A stretch of DNA of 64,000 bases. Origin: Fistulifera solaris (lineage: Eukaryota). Positions 10,972-23,178 of this stretch are shown piece by piece. The DNA lies in the NCBI GenBank assembly GCA_030295235.1, contig AP026173.1, forward strand, positions 62,001 to 126,000, read 5' to 3'. A program made the position numbers and the translations under genes. Under the pieces are notes generated by a model. The model did no database searches. It saw nothing but the letters and a program-made list of their open reading frames with translations, and was not told where the DNA came from. Numbering within the stretch: the first letter of the stretch is position 1; every line of letters begins with the position of its first letter.

Positions 10972-12050
10972 AGCGCGATTTTTTGTCTTTTTCGCGTTTG
11001 ATTATAGTCGCATTACAATTATATATCTAAAGCTAGGGTCTAGTTATGCTCTCACCTTGGAAATTCGCGCAATTGCGATTTCAGCCGCCCATGCTCTCGA
11101 ATCCTTAGCTTCATGTTTTTACTATCATCCAAACAGTTGGTTGTACCAAATCCACCACTGGATTTCGGTCATGAGACAGCATCAAGCCTTTTGTACATGC
11201 AGCCTGCAGCGCGAATTTTTTCGTCTTCTTCGCGTTTGGTCATAGTTTCATTACAATAACAGCCTTAAAGCTAATTATGCTCTCACCTTGGAATTTCGCG
11301 CAAATGCGAATTCAGTCGGCAGTGCTCTCGAATCCCGACCTTCATGTTTTCACTATGATCCAAACAGTTGGTTGCACCAAAGCCACGACTGGATTTCGGT
11401 CATGAGACTGCATCAAGCCTTTTGTACATGCAGCCTGCAGCGCGAATTTTTTTCGTCTTTTTCGCGTTTGGTCATAGTCTCAATACAAGCTAATTAAGCT
11501 CTCACCTTGGAATTTCGCGCAAATGCGAATTCAGTCGGCAGTGCTCTCGAATCCCGACCTTTAAGTTTTTACTATGACTCAAACAGTTGGTTGTACCAAA
11601 TCCACCACTGGATTTCGGTCATGAGACAGCATCAAGCCTTTTGTACATGCAGCCTGCAGCGCGAATTTTTTCGTCTTTTTCGCGTTTGATTATAGTCTCA
11701 TTACAATAATAGATCTAAAGCTAATTATGCTCTCACCTTGGAATTTTCGCGCAATTGCGATTTCAGCCGGCAATGCTCTCGAAAACCTAGCGTTCCTGTT
11801 TTTACTATGATCGAAACAGTTTATTTTACCAATCCACGACTGGATTTCGGTCATGAGAAAAAATCCTTTTGTACATGCAGCCTGAAGCGCGATTTTTTAG
11901 TCTTTTCACGTTGAATATAGTCTCATTACAATAATTGATCTAGATTAATTATTCTCCCACCTTGGAATTTCGCGCAATTGCGAATTCAGCCGGCAATGCT
12001 CTCGAAATCCTTACCTTCCTGTTTTTACTATCATCCAAACAGTCGGTTGT
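10972..12050. repeat. Tandem array of ~219-231-bp units, about 4.7 copies
   Basis: 'caccttggaa' at ~11053, 11284, 11503, 11734 and 11958; each full unit carries actggatttcggtcatgaga and ttttgtacatgcagcctg. Confidence 0.95.
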
Positions 12051-12215
12051 GCCGAAAATACGCGGAAAATGGTATGATCGAAATCGTACAAGATCCGGGG
12101 TTCCCATTTGTAGGTAGAAGATTGCGATGTTAATTATGACAGCTTTTTTTATTTTTCCCTCGTCGTCGATGATTGACGATGAAGTAATGATGACTACTAT
12201 GTAATCCTAGGCTTG

Positions 12216-14465
12216 ATGATGCGTCCCACTTATCTTAGCCTCCTATCCTTGATTTTTTTGGAAGCAAGAAAGGTCGTTGACTGTTTTGTCGTCTCAAAAA
12301 GCCCTTGGGTGTCCTCATCGTCAACAACAAAAAGGTCGTTGCTGTCTCAACATGTTGCAAATCACATTCCTTCAATACATCCCGCGTCGCTTGTTTCGAC
12401 GGCTGAGAACGACGACACCTATACGTCTTTCGAAGAACGTCTTTTACAGTATTTAGCGCGCAATGAAACAGAAACAGTCCTCATTGTCGAAGGATCCGTT
12501 GTAGCGAAACGTTCTTTAGGAAAGCAGCTCGTCTTTGTTGATTTGCAGTTGACGAATGTTTTCAACGACGACTCATTGTCATTATCCGAAGATGGACTGC
12601 TATGTCATGCTTTGCTGAAGCAAGAAAACTATTTGCTGTACAACAGTATCCAAGATACTACGGCTTCCTGTTACTCCTTTTACGAAGGCTACCGAATCTG
12701 TTTGTTGCCCGGAACACTGGTTCGGGTCACTGGAACAGCAGCACCGACCCGCAATCCCGGAAAAGCGGTCTTGCTGTTGCGATCGATTCAAATACTGCAA
12801 TTGCCGCGACAACTCCAACACATTACGACTCTTTTGCAACAGTGTCATAAAGGGCATTTGCCCTTGGAAGACATCGCGGCGGCTTGTGGGAACTGGTCGG
12901 CTTCCGTATTACAAGAACGTTTTCAGGAAATTATTGCAACCATGACTCAAAGCCAGTATCCTTTGGACCGAGTGGAAATCGCGGCATTGTGGCAACCGCT
13001 TGCTCAAGAAGCCTATGATTTATTGATTACAGAGCCAATGCAGCCTCAACAGAATCATTATTCGAGTAGGAAAAAGTCGTTTGTTCTTCCCGTGGCACCC
13101 AGTGAATGGCGAAAGGCACAATACTTGCTGAAGAAGGAATTGTCACCGATGCTATCGTACACGGGATGGGTGAAGAATCGGCAACGATTTCAAGACAATA
13201 TTACAGTCGTAACACTCTGTAGAGAAGATGATGGTACAACAGAAACCAACGAGGAACGATTGTCGTGTGTGTTACATCCGGATGTATTGCAGAACGATGC
13301 CAGTGTATACAGCAACTTGCTAGCAGTAGGTGCGCACGTGCAAGTTCAAGGCGTGTATATGAATCAAGATAATGAAAGAGCTGCAAATACGTTTGTGGTG
13401 CAGCACATTCGATTGTTGCAATCCTCTCATCGCCCCGAAACCATTCGCTATTTGTTAGAATTAATGGCCCATTTAAACAGCATTGATCTGGAAGAAGCCG
13501 CGCATGCCTTGCAAATGTCGTATTCCGAAGCCATTACCATGATGCAATCGTTGGATGCTACGGAACGGCAGTGGAAAGCCAACCAGTTGTCGATACAATT
13601 GCAACATCAATCAAACGTTTCACGAGCTCCTCGGCTTCATCTAGAGCATAAGTCGTTGCAAATTTTGGAAAGGTATCGTTCCATTGCACAGAAATATCCC
13701 GTTCAGCCAATGGAGAGAAACGACGACCCCATGTCTACCTTTTTACGAATGGGTGTCCCCGGAAGTCGCTGGATGAGTCAAAAGAAACCCCAACTGGAAT
13801 GGATGTGTCAACAAATTCGATCGGTACTGGAATCCCATCCCGAATACGGTCAACGCAAATTACGTATACTGGATATTGGTGGCGGTCAAGGCTTTCTGGC
13901 CAATGCTTTGGGAGGTATTATTGATCCATACATTGAACAAATTCATGTTGTCGACATTTGTGCCCGCGCCGTACGAAATGGTGCCTCCCGAGCGCGTCGT
14001 CTCGGTGCCCCCGTCGTCTTTGAAGTGGCCGATGCGAGTCGTACCCTGGACACCATTTCCGCGGACGTCGTTGTGGCATTGCACGCCTGTGGTCATTTGT
14101 CCGACGTAGCGTTGGCACATGCGGTGCAGCGACAAGCAGGCTTTGTGATTGTGCCGTGTTGTTTCAATTCGAATCCGCACTTGACAATACCCTCTCAGGA
14201 GGAGGAGACGACGGTAGAAGAATGGCTGGGGATTCCAGCCGTGGATTGGTCGGCGTTGAAAAAGCTGGCCGAAGTGCAAAGCGACATTGCTTTGGCCCGT
14301 CAAGCCATGGAACTTATTTGTGCAATACGAGCAGAAGCTGTTCAGAATCATTGGATGAAGAGTCCGAACAAGAACAGTAAAGCTCGTATCGAAGTGGCGA
14401 TACGGCAGTTTCCAATTGAATATTCGACACGTAATACGGTTTTAGTGGGGTCGTTTGTTCGATAA
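12216..14465 (+). CDS. Targeted protein with two OB-fold-like segments and a C-terminal Methyltransf_32 (METTL25/RRNAD1-like) SAM domain
   Basis: Signal-like N-terminus ending VVDC-FVVS plus a Ser-rich transit-like stretch; ILDIGGGQGFLA, VVALHACGHLSD and VPCCF; VEGSVVAKRSLGKQLVFVDL resembles anticodon-binding OB folds. Confidence 0.75.
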   Translation: MMRPTYLSLLSLIFLEARKVVDCFVVSKSPWVSSSSTTKRSLLSQHVANHIPSIHPASLVSTAENDDTYTSFEERLLQYLARNETETVLIVEGSVVAKRSLGKQLVFVDLQLTNVFNDDSLSLSEDGLLCHALLKQENYLLYNSIQDTTASCYSFYEGYRICLLPGTLVRVTGTAAPTRNPGKAVLLLRSIQILQLPRQLQHITTLLQQCHKGHLPLEDIAAACGNWSASVLQERFQEIIATMTQSQYPLDRVEIAALWQPLAQEAYDLLITEPMQPQQNHYSSRKKSFVLPVAPSEWRKAQYLLKKELSPMLSYTGWVKNRQRFQDNITVVTLCREDDGTTETNEERLSCVLHPDVLQNDASVYSNLLAVGAHVQVQGVYMNQDNERAANTFVVQHIRLLQSSHRPETIRYLLELMAHLNSIDLEEAAHALQMSYSEAITMMQSLDATERQWKANQLSIQLQHQSNVSRAPRLHLEHKSLQILERYRSIAQKYPVQPMERNDDPMSTFLRMGVPGSRWMSQKKPQLEWMCQQIRSVLESHPEYGQRKLRILDIGGGQGFLANALGGIIDPYIEQIHVVDICARAVRNGASRARRLGAPVVFEVADASRTLDTISADVVVALHACGHLSDVALAHAVQRQAGFVIVPCCFNSNPHLTIPSQEEETTVEEWLGIPAVDWSALKKLAEVQSDIALARQAMELICAIRAEAVQNHWMKSPNKNSKARIEVAIRQFPIEYSTRNTVLVGSFVR

Positions 14466-14943
14466 GTTGGTCGTTAGGGTCAATTTTTTATTGTGGGATC
14501 TGGGAGGATATTACCGGAACTCATGAAGCATGGAGTCGAACAGGCATCAAGCCTTTGCTTTCAAGACACTTCGAATTAGTTACTCCGTATTAAACGACGT
14601 TCAGTATTAAATACCTGGTACGGGAGGGGCTTGTCGACAAGATTGAATCATCAACACCTGCATTGAAAACAGTGCTGAGAGTGATACTTTATAATCATAA
14701 CTTGTGGCTGGTTAGTAACCAGTGTCGAGGAAAGCAATAATTTTGGACGCGCGACAGTATTGACTCATGACTCAATGCAGTCGTAGCGAAATACGTTTAC
14801 ACTTTGGATCTATAGTAGATACGGACGCATCATTGCGACGAAAAATAGGGGAAAATATTCACTTTGACATCGCCGACAATGCAATAGCGCTTCAGAGCGT
14901 TGTTTCATATAATAATGGCAATTGTGGCTGATTGTTTGAAAAA

Positions 14944-17183
14944 ATGATGCTGAAGTCTCCGCTGGGTGTTACCGCGGTCGAAGAAACGGAAGAACGAAGG
15001 ATTCGTTTGCGCACAAACCCACCGCATCCCTGGACGTCATTTCTTCTCGAACATGTGTCGATGCGCGACGGTATTGTTGCGGTTCCTTCTATTTTAATGT
15101 ATTTTTTAAATTGTGCCTCTCGTCGTATCGCGGTACAGTCGGAAGTTACAAAAGATGAATCTCTCATTATTTCGGAAGGCATGACATCAAGATGTCATCT
15201 AGTCGAAGAGAATTCTTTTATAGAGAATACAGAGAGTTTTTCGTCAGAATGGTACAAAGATTCAGTTCCAGTAATCTCCTTTCCTTTGGATGATTCGACG
15301 ATTCTTAAGATACGTGTACAAGTTTTGATTCAGGAAAGAGACGATGACGCTGTAGAGACGGGGGACGAAGTAAAAGAGGATGTTGTAGAGGATGATGCAA
15401 TCATGTTGCACGAAGCCTTTCGAGGGCGTTTTATAATGACTCAATCAATCTGCTTGCTGCAAGCTCCATCCTGTTCCATGATTGTGATGATTCTTGAGGT
15501 CAGTTTGGTCGGTGCATCATCCATCTGCCCATCCGATGCCGTTTATCATTTGAACAAAGAGGGGAAGAATTACCAAATTGAACGCATTCCTTCGCCTTGG
15601 GAGAGAACAGATCCTCGTATTTTATCACCTTTGACTCACGCAGCAATCAACACGATCTACGACGCTCCCGGATACGAAAGTACGTTGCAACACATGCGGG
15701 CTCTCCTCCACTCTCCTGCCGTGGCACGACCTACGGGCATTGTCGTGACCGGATGTGCTGGAGTCGGGAAAAGCAGAGTGATACAAGCGGCTTTAGCGAA
15801 TTCCTTCATTTATCATTGGGTATCGATCACGGATCTGTTGCAACACGCGGCGTGGCAATCTGAAGAAGAAGTCTTTCGTTTTCTTCAACCACCACAACCA
15901 AGTGTGAATGTTATAGTATGGGATGATTTACAAGACATTTATACCAACAATGACGACGATCCGGAGTCGATGGAAATTCGGTTGGTGAAGAATTGTTTGC
16001 TTCAGTTTATGGATCGATCTCGTTCTGTACAACATCCATTCGTCATTATTGGACTATGTCGTGAACATCAAGTGCCTGTTGAATTTACAAAGACGGGTCG
16101 TTTGGAGGTTGTAGTACAGATACCTCCCCCTACGCAATCACAACGGGAAAAAATTTTAATGAATTGGTTGCAGTCTTTTGCGGAGGGCGATGATCAGATA
16201 ATACAAGAGTGGGCGACACGTTTGGCTGAGGTGACACCGGGCTGTGTCGCTCAGGACTTGTTTCGAATGTGTTCGGATGCCCGGATGCGGGCGCGGGCCG
16301 ATGGCAAGCCAGTGGACTGGAACTATTTACGGGATGTTGCCGAGGCGTGTATCCCGTCGCAACTTGCCATGTTGGATGTTACGAAGCCACGCTTATCGGA
16401 AATGCTAGTAGATCCCCTTGATCGTCATACGGAGAGCTGGAAGGCACTAGCAGGTTACAAGTCGGTAAAAAAACGTGTATTTCGTACGGTGGTACTTCCG
16501 TGGAAACGCTTCATGAAGTCTCCCGACTCTTGTTCGTCGTTTCCACCACCCCGTGGTGTCTTGTTTCATGGTCCCTCGGGTTGCGGGAAGACTTTGGCAG
16601 CCCAGTGCTTGGGCGAATCGTTAGGTCTCCCTATGATTCGCGTGCACGCAGCAGACATTTTGGACAAGTATGTTGGTGGCTCGAAGCCTCACTCCGTTCG
16701 TTGTTCGCTCGAGCCCGATCCGCTTCGCCGTGTATCTTGTTTATGGATGAAATTGATGCTATCGCTTCAAACCGGGCAAAAGATGGTGACGAAGTCAATG
16801 TCATGTCACGTTTGCTATCGACGTTATTGAACGAACTGGATGGCGTTTCGTCGCAGTCGGGACAAATGTTGATTGTTGCATGTACGAATCGCCTCGATTC
16901 ATTAGATGCTGCACTGCTCCGTCCGGGGCGATTGGAAGAGCATATACTTCTGGATCACCCTAGTTCCTCCGACATTAATGCCATTTTGCAGACATCGTTG
17001 TTGCGCATTCCCTGCGACGACGAAGTGAACACGCAGCAACTCGCGGAACAGTTGCAAGGATGGACGAGTGCACGTGTTGCGGGTGTTGCTAGAGACGCCA
17101 TTTTGAGTTGGATTCGGCAAACACAAGGCAAGGAGCGTCTGCTGAAATCTCACTTTCCAGCTGAAGTGCTCGATGTTTGGTGA
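14944..17183 (+). CDS. Cdc48/AFG2-like type II AAA+ ATPase; frameshift near 16683
   Basis: D1: GCAGVGKS, degenerate Walker B IVWDDLQD, TGRLE. D2: PPRGVLFHGPSGCGKT, DKYVGGS|EASLRSLF, LFMDEID, LLNELDG, CTNRLDSLDAALLRPGRLE, split over two ORFs. Confidence 0.88.
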
Positions 17184-19084
17184 CCCTCTAAATTGAATGA
17201 CATACTGGCGGTGGGCTTGACAAGCGATGGAATGTCCGTTTAGATGGAGTACTTGGCGGTGAAGGCTTTTAATTTGCGATGAAAGAACCCATTGAGCCTT
17301 TGCCTTTTCTAAAGCGTGACACTCCGTAATTTGAATGCATCTACACGGTTTTTGTCGTCCCTAGCTTGCAGGATATCAATTCTCAACACCGAATGCTCTG
17401 TCGATCAACATTATTTGTTGGTTACCTGTTGATCGACGGTTCTCGCTTTACGTAGACGAGAGCAGAAAAAGTATTGCGATTAACGCCTCTGACTATTTAC
17501 ACCACTATTATTTAATTTTTTCATAATCACTAGTCTTGGGAACTAGAAAAGGGTCTGAAAATGTGCAGCATTCCGGCGTTTCGTCGGGATATAATAGCGA
17601 TGCGAATAGTGAACCAAGTCAAAGTTACGGGACTGCAAACTCGTGATCGGGGAAGCCGAGCCTTTACATTTACTCCGTATTATTTTGAGTGATACTCGGA
17701 GTAGTAAATAAGACTGGCGCAATAGAAACGCACACCCTCCCTGTACGTCTACCGTCAAAATCGACAAAACTTGCTTTGGAGAAACTCGACTTCAAAAATT
17801 TTCGTGCATCAACATCATGAAGCAAAAACCGACAACAATCAACCGAAAACAATGAATTGAATGCATTAATTAAAAACAATAACTTATTTTGGTTTAAACT
17901 TTTACTGTAGCATTCATCTGTTGTGCTTCGGCAATTGTAATGAGTCATTTCTGTTCATTTTCCCCCTTGTTTCGCCTTGCGTCGGACTGGTCGTTGAAGA
18001 GTCTTATCCCGACATCAGACACTACCGAATCACCGAATAGCACCACAAATCTCTTCTTGATGATTATATAGTCTTTGGGTGAGAAGATGCTGTGTTTGGG
18101 TAACTATTATCTCTGTTCTTGACAAGAAAGATGTCATTCGAGTGATTTTTCCGCGACATGATGAGCGCGTAGAGAACGTGTAAAAAAATGTACCAGGCAA
18201 GAGTTTTTTCGTGCGAAAAATTTAGCAAATTTTTTCAGCCGGCATTTCAAAAGCAATCTAAACCGAATTACTTTTCACAAAATATATCATTGAAATCCTC
18301 GTTAAATAAATTTTTCAACTATATATTAAACCATTTTTGCGATTTTAGATAATTTCTGACGACGTACAGACCCGGAGCGTGCGTTTCTATTGCGCCAGTC
18401 TTAAATTGAAAACACGACAAATTTTTGACGAAGAAAAACATCGAGGAGCGTGTTGCATTCCATTTGTGAATAATGAAGCTTTCAGAACTTTACAAACACA
18501 ATGCTATCCCAGAAACCAATATGGATCAACAAAATACGTACTGAATAAACAAAGACTGATGTTAGTTTTCCACTCGAGGAAAAGGGAGTCAAGTTCGACG
18601 AGCGCTGTCCTTTTCCGCTTTCGATCGCATTTTTAATAACTCGGAGTCTCTCTCGACTCGACGATCATTCATTTGATCCGTCGATTTCGATCGACCATGT
18701 CGTCAGAAGAAAGTACAAAAGGAGTTGCACGTAGCGCTGTCGTTCGAAAAACGAATTATATTTCTATTTACTCCCACTAGCCTCTTTTAATTTGTCACGA
18801 TAGATTACAAAAACGTTTAGTCGGAGAGGATCATGAGATGTAAAGGATTTGAAAGACTCATCCCCTTCTTAATCGCCTCACAATTTTAAATAATATTCGA
18901 ACGCAATCGTAAAGGTACGTGTGCACTCGATGCATCTACGCAAGGCAATCAATATTAGAGACCGTGTTTCGTTTGATGGACCGTCTCTCACATACTTTTT
19001 CTACTTTCGTTGGTATCGTTGTAACACGAAAACAGAAGATTCCCCCGCTTTATTATCTCTCAAACTTACTAAGCTACATCCATC

Positions 19085-19782
19085 ATGATGCTGACTACTG
19101 CCATTCGTACTTTGTGCATTGGAGCGACCCTCGTGGCGGCGCAACGAGGACGAGACCGCGATGATAAATGCTGGACCTGTGAACAATCGTCGGGATGTTT
19201 TGAGTGTCTCGGTATCAGCGACAACGGAGATGGAACCGCGATGATTGAAGTGGACTTCTCGGATTGTAAGGACGCCGATACGATTGGATGGGCTTGTTGC
19301 ATTGGCTCGATGGGCCCCGATGATGAGTTCAATTCGGGTGCTTGTGAAGTGCCTCCGTCCGGATGTTTCGGTAAAAACAATCGCTCTCGTGATCCCGATG
19401 ATGGAAGTGTCAAGTGCGAAGGTGTCAGTACCATGTTCCTTCTTGTGCCTTCGGATGCGACCTCGGTAGTCATCAATACGCATGATGGTCGTACCGGAAA
19501 TGATGCTTCTCCGGCGGTGGGAGCGGATCCCATTTGTGCGGGTCGAGAATATCAGGGCGGTCGTTGCGCAGCACGAGACAATAGTATTACCACACATTGC
19601 TTGGAGACGATTGATTTGTCGACGTGTCCTACTGTGGACTCGTTGCCCATGACGGCGGTCCCTACGCCCAGTCCATCGATGCCTTCGGAATTCCCTTCGG
19701 ACGTCCCTTCGAGTGTGATGTCGGAGAGTCGGATCTTCCGTCGCTGGTTCCCGTCCCGGATGAGGAGTCGGAAGAGGATTAG
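19085..19782 (+). CDS. Secreted 14-Cys-domain protein, paralog 1; probable frameshift near 19725
   Basis: Signal peptide, CWTCEQSSGCFEC...WACC...INTHDG...HCLETIDL..CP domain and a P/S/T tail. The alternative frame gives SDLPSLVPVPDEESEED* (stop 19780-19782), matching the acidic end of paralog 3. Confidence 0.8.
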
Positions 19783-21051
19783 AGCGATAATGGAGGGGAG
19801 AGCTGTCGTGACGATTGAGGGGTCAATAATCCTTTCTTGCGGGATAGAGCATGATATGTCATTATGCCTTGTCAGACGGTTCACCAGGATTCGTTTAATA
19901 CATTAAAAATAATCATTAGACCAAGATGATGGTTAAAAAAAACAATCACGGCATTGTTTCGTGATCATGGTGGCTCCTTAGATTTATCGTGTTGGTCGCT
20001 CGCTTGTGCACATTTTTTTTGCGTTGTTAACACAATATGATGCGATAATTCATCCTTCCCTTACCGTAATCTCAGACGGCAAACTATTAATGTCGATAAA
20101 AATAGATGACGAAGCACTAGCGTTTGCGATCAGCGCACGACTTGAATTAATGGTGAAAATGTGATGACGACATCAAACCAGCGTCATCACGCAATCCAAA
20201 ACTTCACAGGACACTTCCGAATTTTTGTGAAATACTACGTAGCTATTGCCTCCTTTTTATATAAAAAATGTACACTCCAGAAGGAGTTTGTTGCTTATGA
20301 ATGAAGCGCGGATACGTAGCAGTAGCAGGCAATAGCCGATAGGCGCGGCGCGGGACCAGACCATCCTCTCCGACTCCGACACAATTGTTTATTGTTTTGC
20401 ACCACTGCACGCAACCTTTCACCCTCAAAATGTCTGGCTGGAATCTTTGCAATCGCGACCATCCGAAATCTTTGTCTGAACCATAATCGCAACGAACTGG
20501 AATAGAATGTCCGCAGACAAAAGTTCGAGCAATGCTTGTCACTGGTAAGAAAGCTAAATTGGAAGTGTACTGAAGAGGGCAGAGTGTAGTGGGGAATTGG
20601 CAGCAACTTGTCCAGTGAAAGAGTAGCGCATATTTCACATTGTCCTTCAGAAGAAAAAGGGCTTAATCCTTGAACCCACCTTCTGCACTGGTCTTATAGC
20701 TTTTAAAAGACAAACATAAGTAATTTAAATTGCTTGAAGCAAAAGGAATTCATAATGCACAGCGAAGGTTGATTGTCAAGTCACGGGTCGGAGTAAAACA
20801 TTGCTCGGGATCAGAAAAATTGATGCCACAAAAAGACGATGCGCAAAATCACAGCGCCTCGCACCTCTCATAATCTGCAGTTTTGCTCATTTGTAAAGGT
20901 AAGAACGTTCAAACGCAATCTCTCATTCGACCTGTAAGATGCTAAATGTTGCGTCTTTCCTTTGACTTGTACCTCACATCAATGCAGCTTTGCGTTCCAT
21001 CTTCGTTCTTTTGTCAACAGACTTTCTCCGTCGCTTCACGATCAATCGATC

Positions 21052-22752
21052 ATGTTCGTTTCTTCGCTTTTCCGTGCGTTGTGGGTGGGAGCAATCCTCT
21101 GGACTGTCTCCGGTCAACGTCCTAGTCAAGGCAGTAGAGCCGTGTGCTGGACGTGTGACCAGTCTCCTGGCTGTTTCGAGTGCGCTTCGAAGGTCAACAA
21201 CGGCAACGGGACGTCCACGGTCGAGCTCGACTTCTCGGGGTGCAAGGGTGACGACATCAGCTGGGCCTGTTGCACTGGCTCAACCGGTCCCGACGAAGAG
21301 TTCAACGCCGGTGAATGCGACGTGCCCGACTTGGGTTGCTTCGGCAAGGATGACGTCGCATCTGATCCCGACGGTCCGAAATGCGAAACGGTCAGCACGA
21401 TGTTCGTTCTTGTTCCCTCCGACGCCGTCTCCGTGACGATCAACACGCATGATGGAGCCGCCCGTAACAATGCCGTCCCGCCTATTGGTGCTGATCCTGT
21501 CTGTGCCCGTGAACCGTATCAAGGAGGACAGTGCACTACTCGTGACAACCTTGTTACGGCACACTGCTTGGAAACGATCAATTTGGCCACCTGCCCTTCC
21601 GACCCTCCCTCGTTCTCTCCTTCGGGGGCGCCCTCAAAGACCCCAACAAAGTCACCCACTATCAAGCCTTCGGATGCACCGACGACACCTCCAAGTGCAC
21701 AGCCGACGCCGGTTCCGACCAAGTCGCCCACTATCAAGCCTTCTAGTGCTCCAAGTGTGGAGCCGACGACGATCCCCACAAAATCTCCTACTGTCTCGCC
21801 CTCGAATATCCCAAGTGCAGAACCGACGTTGATCCCTACCAAGTCTCCCACCGTCTCGCCTTCGAATATCCCAAGTGCAGAGCCGACGACGATCCCCACA
21901 AAGTCGCCCACTGTCAAGCCTTCGAGTGTTCCAAGTGCAGAACCGACGTTGATCCCGACAAAATCTCCTACCGTCTTGCCTTCCAATATCCCAAGTGCAG
22001 AGCCGACACTGAACCCGACAAAGCCTCCCACCGTCTCGCCTTCGGCTGTTCCAAGTACGGATCCTACTGTCTCGCCTTCGCATATTCCGAGTACGGATCC
22101 TACTATCCCACCCTCGAACCTTCCAAGTGAGGAGCCGACACTGAACCCGACAGAGCCTCCCACCGTCTCGCCTTCGGCTGTTCCAAGTACGGAACCGACG
22201 CTAACGCCCACGCAAAACCCAACCCGGCTTCCATCGAGCGCGCCTACCGACACACCCACGACGTCCCCTACCGCTTCCCCAACGGGTATCTGCTTCAACA
22301 GCCCCGGTGACGTATGCCGCGAGCGCGTTGACGCCTGCGATATCGAGGAACGCTGCATTGAAGGAGATGATTCTTGTCCTGACTGTGATGACAAGTTCAC
22401 GGGAGGCTTTGCGTTGAAATGTGGCAGCAACGCGTTCCTGTGTGGTATCCCTGATCTCGCATCTCTCGGATGTAACATTGGTGGATCGGGAGTCTCCACT
22501 GTGGTGAATTTGGCCTATCCAGACTGCCTAGAGGATGGAACGATCGAAATTGATTCCGATTGTGAGCGTTTCGACGATGGAACGGCATCAGGTGGATTGG
22601 GCCTCAGCGGCTATGCCGTGGCAATTTGCACGGACGTCGGCGGGTCGCAATTTTGGACCTGCACCGAGACGGATACGCCGGGTGACAATGCTTCGGTGAC
22701 CTTGATTGTCGAAACGAATCCCGACGCATGCGATGATGAATCTGGATTCTAA
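21052..22752 (+). CDS. Secreted 14-Cys-domain protein, paralog 2, with a 20-aa Pro/Thr/Ser repeat stalk and a C-terminal Cys-rich, disintegrin-like region
   Basis: Signal MFVSSLFRALWVGAILWTVSG, same Cys domain, repeats like PSAEPTLIPTKSPTVSPSNI, then VCRERVDACDIEERCIEGDDSCPD. Confidence 0.88.
   Translation: MFVSSLFRALWVGAILWTVSGQRPSQGSRAVCWTCDQSPGCFECASKVNNGNGTSTVELDFSGCKGDDISWACCTGSTGPDEEFNAGECDVPDLGCFGKDDVASDPDGPKCETVSTMFVLVPSDAVSVTINTHDGAARNNAVPPIGADPVCAREPYQGGQCTTRDNLVTAHCLETINLATCPSDPPSFSPSGAPSKTPTKSPTIKPSDAPTTPPSAQPTPVPTKSPTIKPSSAPSVEPTTIPTKSPTVSPSNIPSAEPTLIPTKSPTVSPSNIPSAEPTTIPTKSPTVKPSSVPSAEPTLIPTKSPTVLPSNIPSAEPTLNPTKPPTVSPSAVPSTDPTVSPSHIPSTDPTIPPSNLPSEEPTLNPTEPPTVSPSAVPSTEPTLTPTQNPTRLPSSAPTDTPTTSPTASPTGICFNSPGDVCRERVDACDIEERCIEGDDSCPDCDDKFTGGFALKCGSNAFLCGIPDLASLGCNIGGSGVSTVVNLAYPDCLEDGTIEIDSDCERFDDGTASGGLGLSGYAVAICTDVGGSQFWTCTETDTPGDNASVTLIVETNPDACDDESGF
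21600..22285 (+). repeat. Coding 60-bp tandem repeat (mucin-like stalk)
   Basis: ccaagtg(c/t) recurs every 60 bp at 21691, 21751, 21811, 21871, 21931 and 21991. Confidence 0.92.
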
Positions 22753-23178
22753 ACATGCATTGTTGTTTGCCGACGAATATGTACTGAGTGTCGGCAAACA
22801 ACGTCGGAGAGTTTCTATCATGCGGTGATCTTCGTTGCGATGATGAATTATTCGGTATCGGTTTGCTTCCTTAGTATTCGTACGGTTTACTAGATACCTT
22901 TGCATGACCTATTTACTCAGTATGATTAAAAATGATAGCAATAGCAACGAATGTTCAATCAGATGGCGCTTTTGTAGAAAAACAAAAGACGCGCCGCGAC
23001 AAGACAACAGATCATGACTGAAATCCAGTCGAAAAGAACTACACTCACACCGATACTGTACTACTGTATGCAAAATGCTTAGAAATGGGAGAATGCGATC
23101 GGCGATTTACATTTCCGTGCTGATGTTGTTGCTTCGCAATAATAATCCATTTGAAATACTCGCGATAAATCTGAAAAA

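Noticed and set aside
11057..11689. Three similar 60-69-aa ORFs as a peptide gene family
   Set aside because: They start at TTG, stop at variable positions and are translations of the ~225-bp tandem unit, with frame-breaking indels in other copies.
16660..16700. Programmed ribosomal frameshift in the AAA ATPase
   Set aside because: No slippery heptamer; one missing G restores GGSEA, consistent with the window-wide indel pattern.
17200..19000. Hidden gene or transposon remnant in a 1.8-kb gap
   Set aside because: Only short ORFs, AT-rich stretches, and no recognisable motifs or terminal repeats.
20243..20638. 131-aa minus-strand ORF
   Set aside because: Non-ATG start, no domain signature and no paralog support.
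21519..22499. 326-aa antisense Val/Gly-rich ORF
   Set aside because: Mirror of the Pro/Thr/Ser repeat coding strand; no independent evidence.
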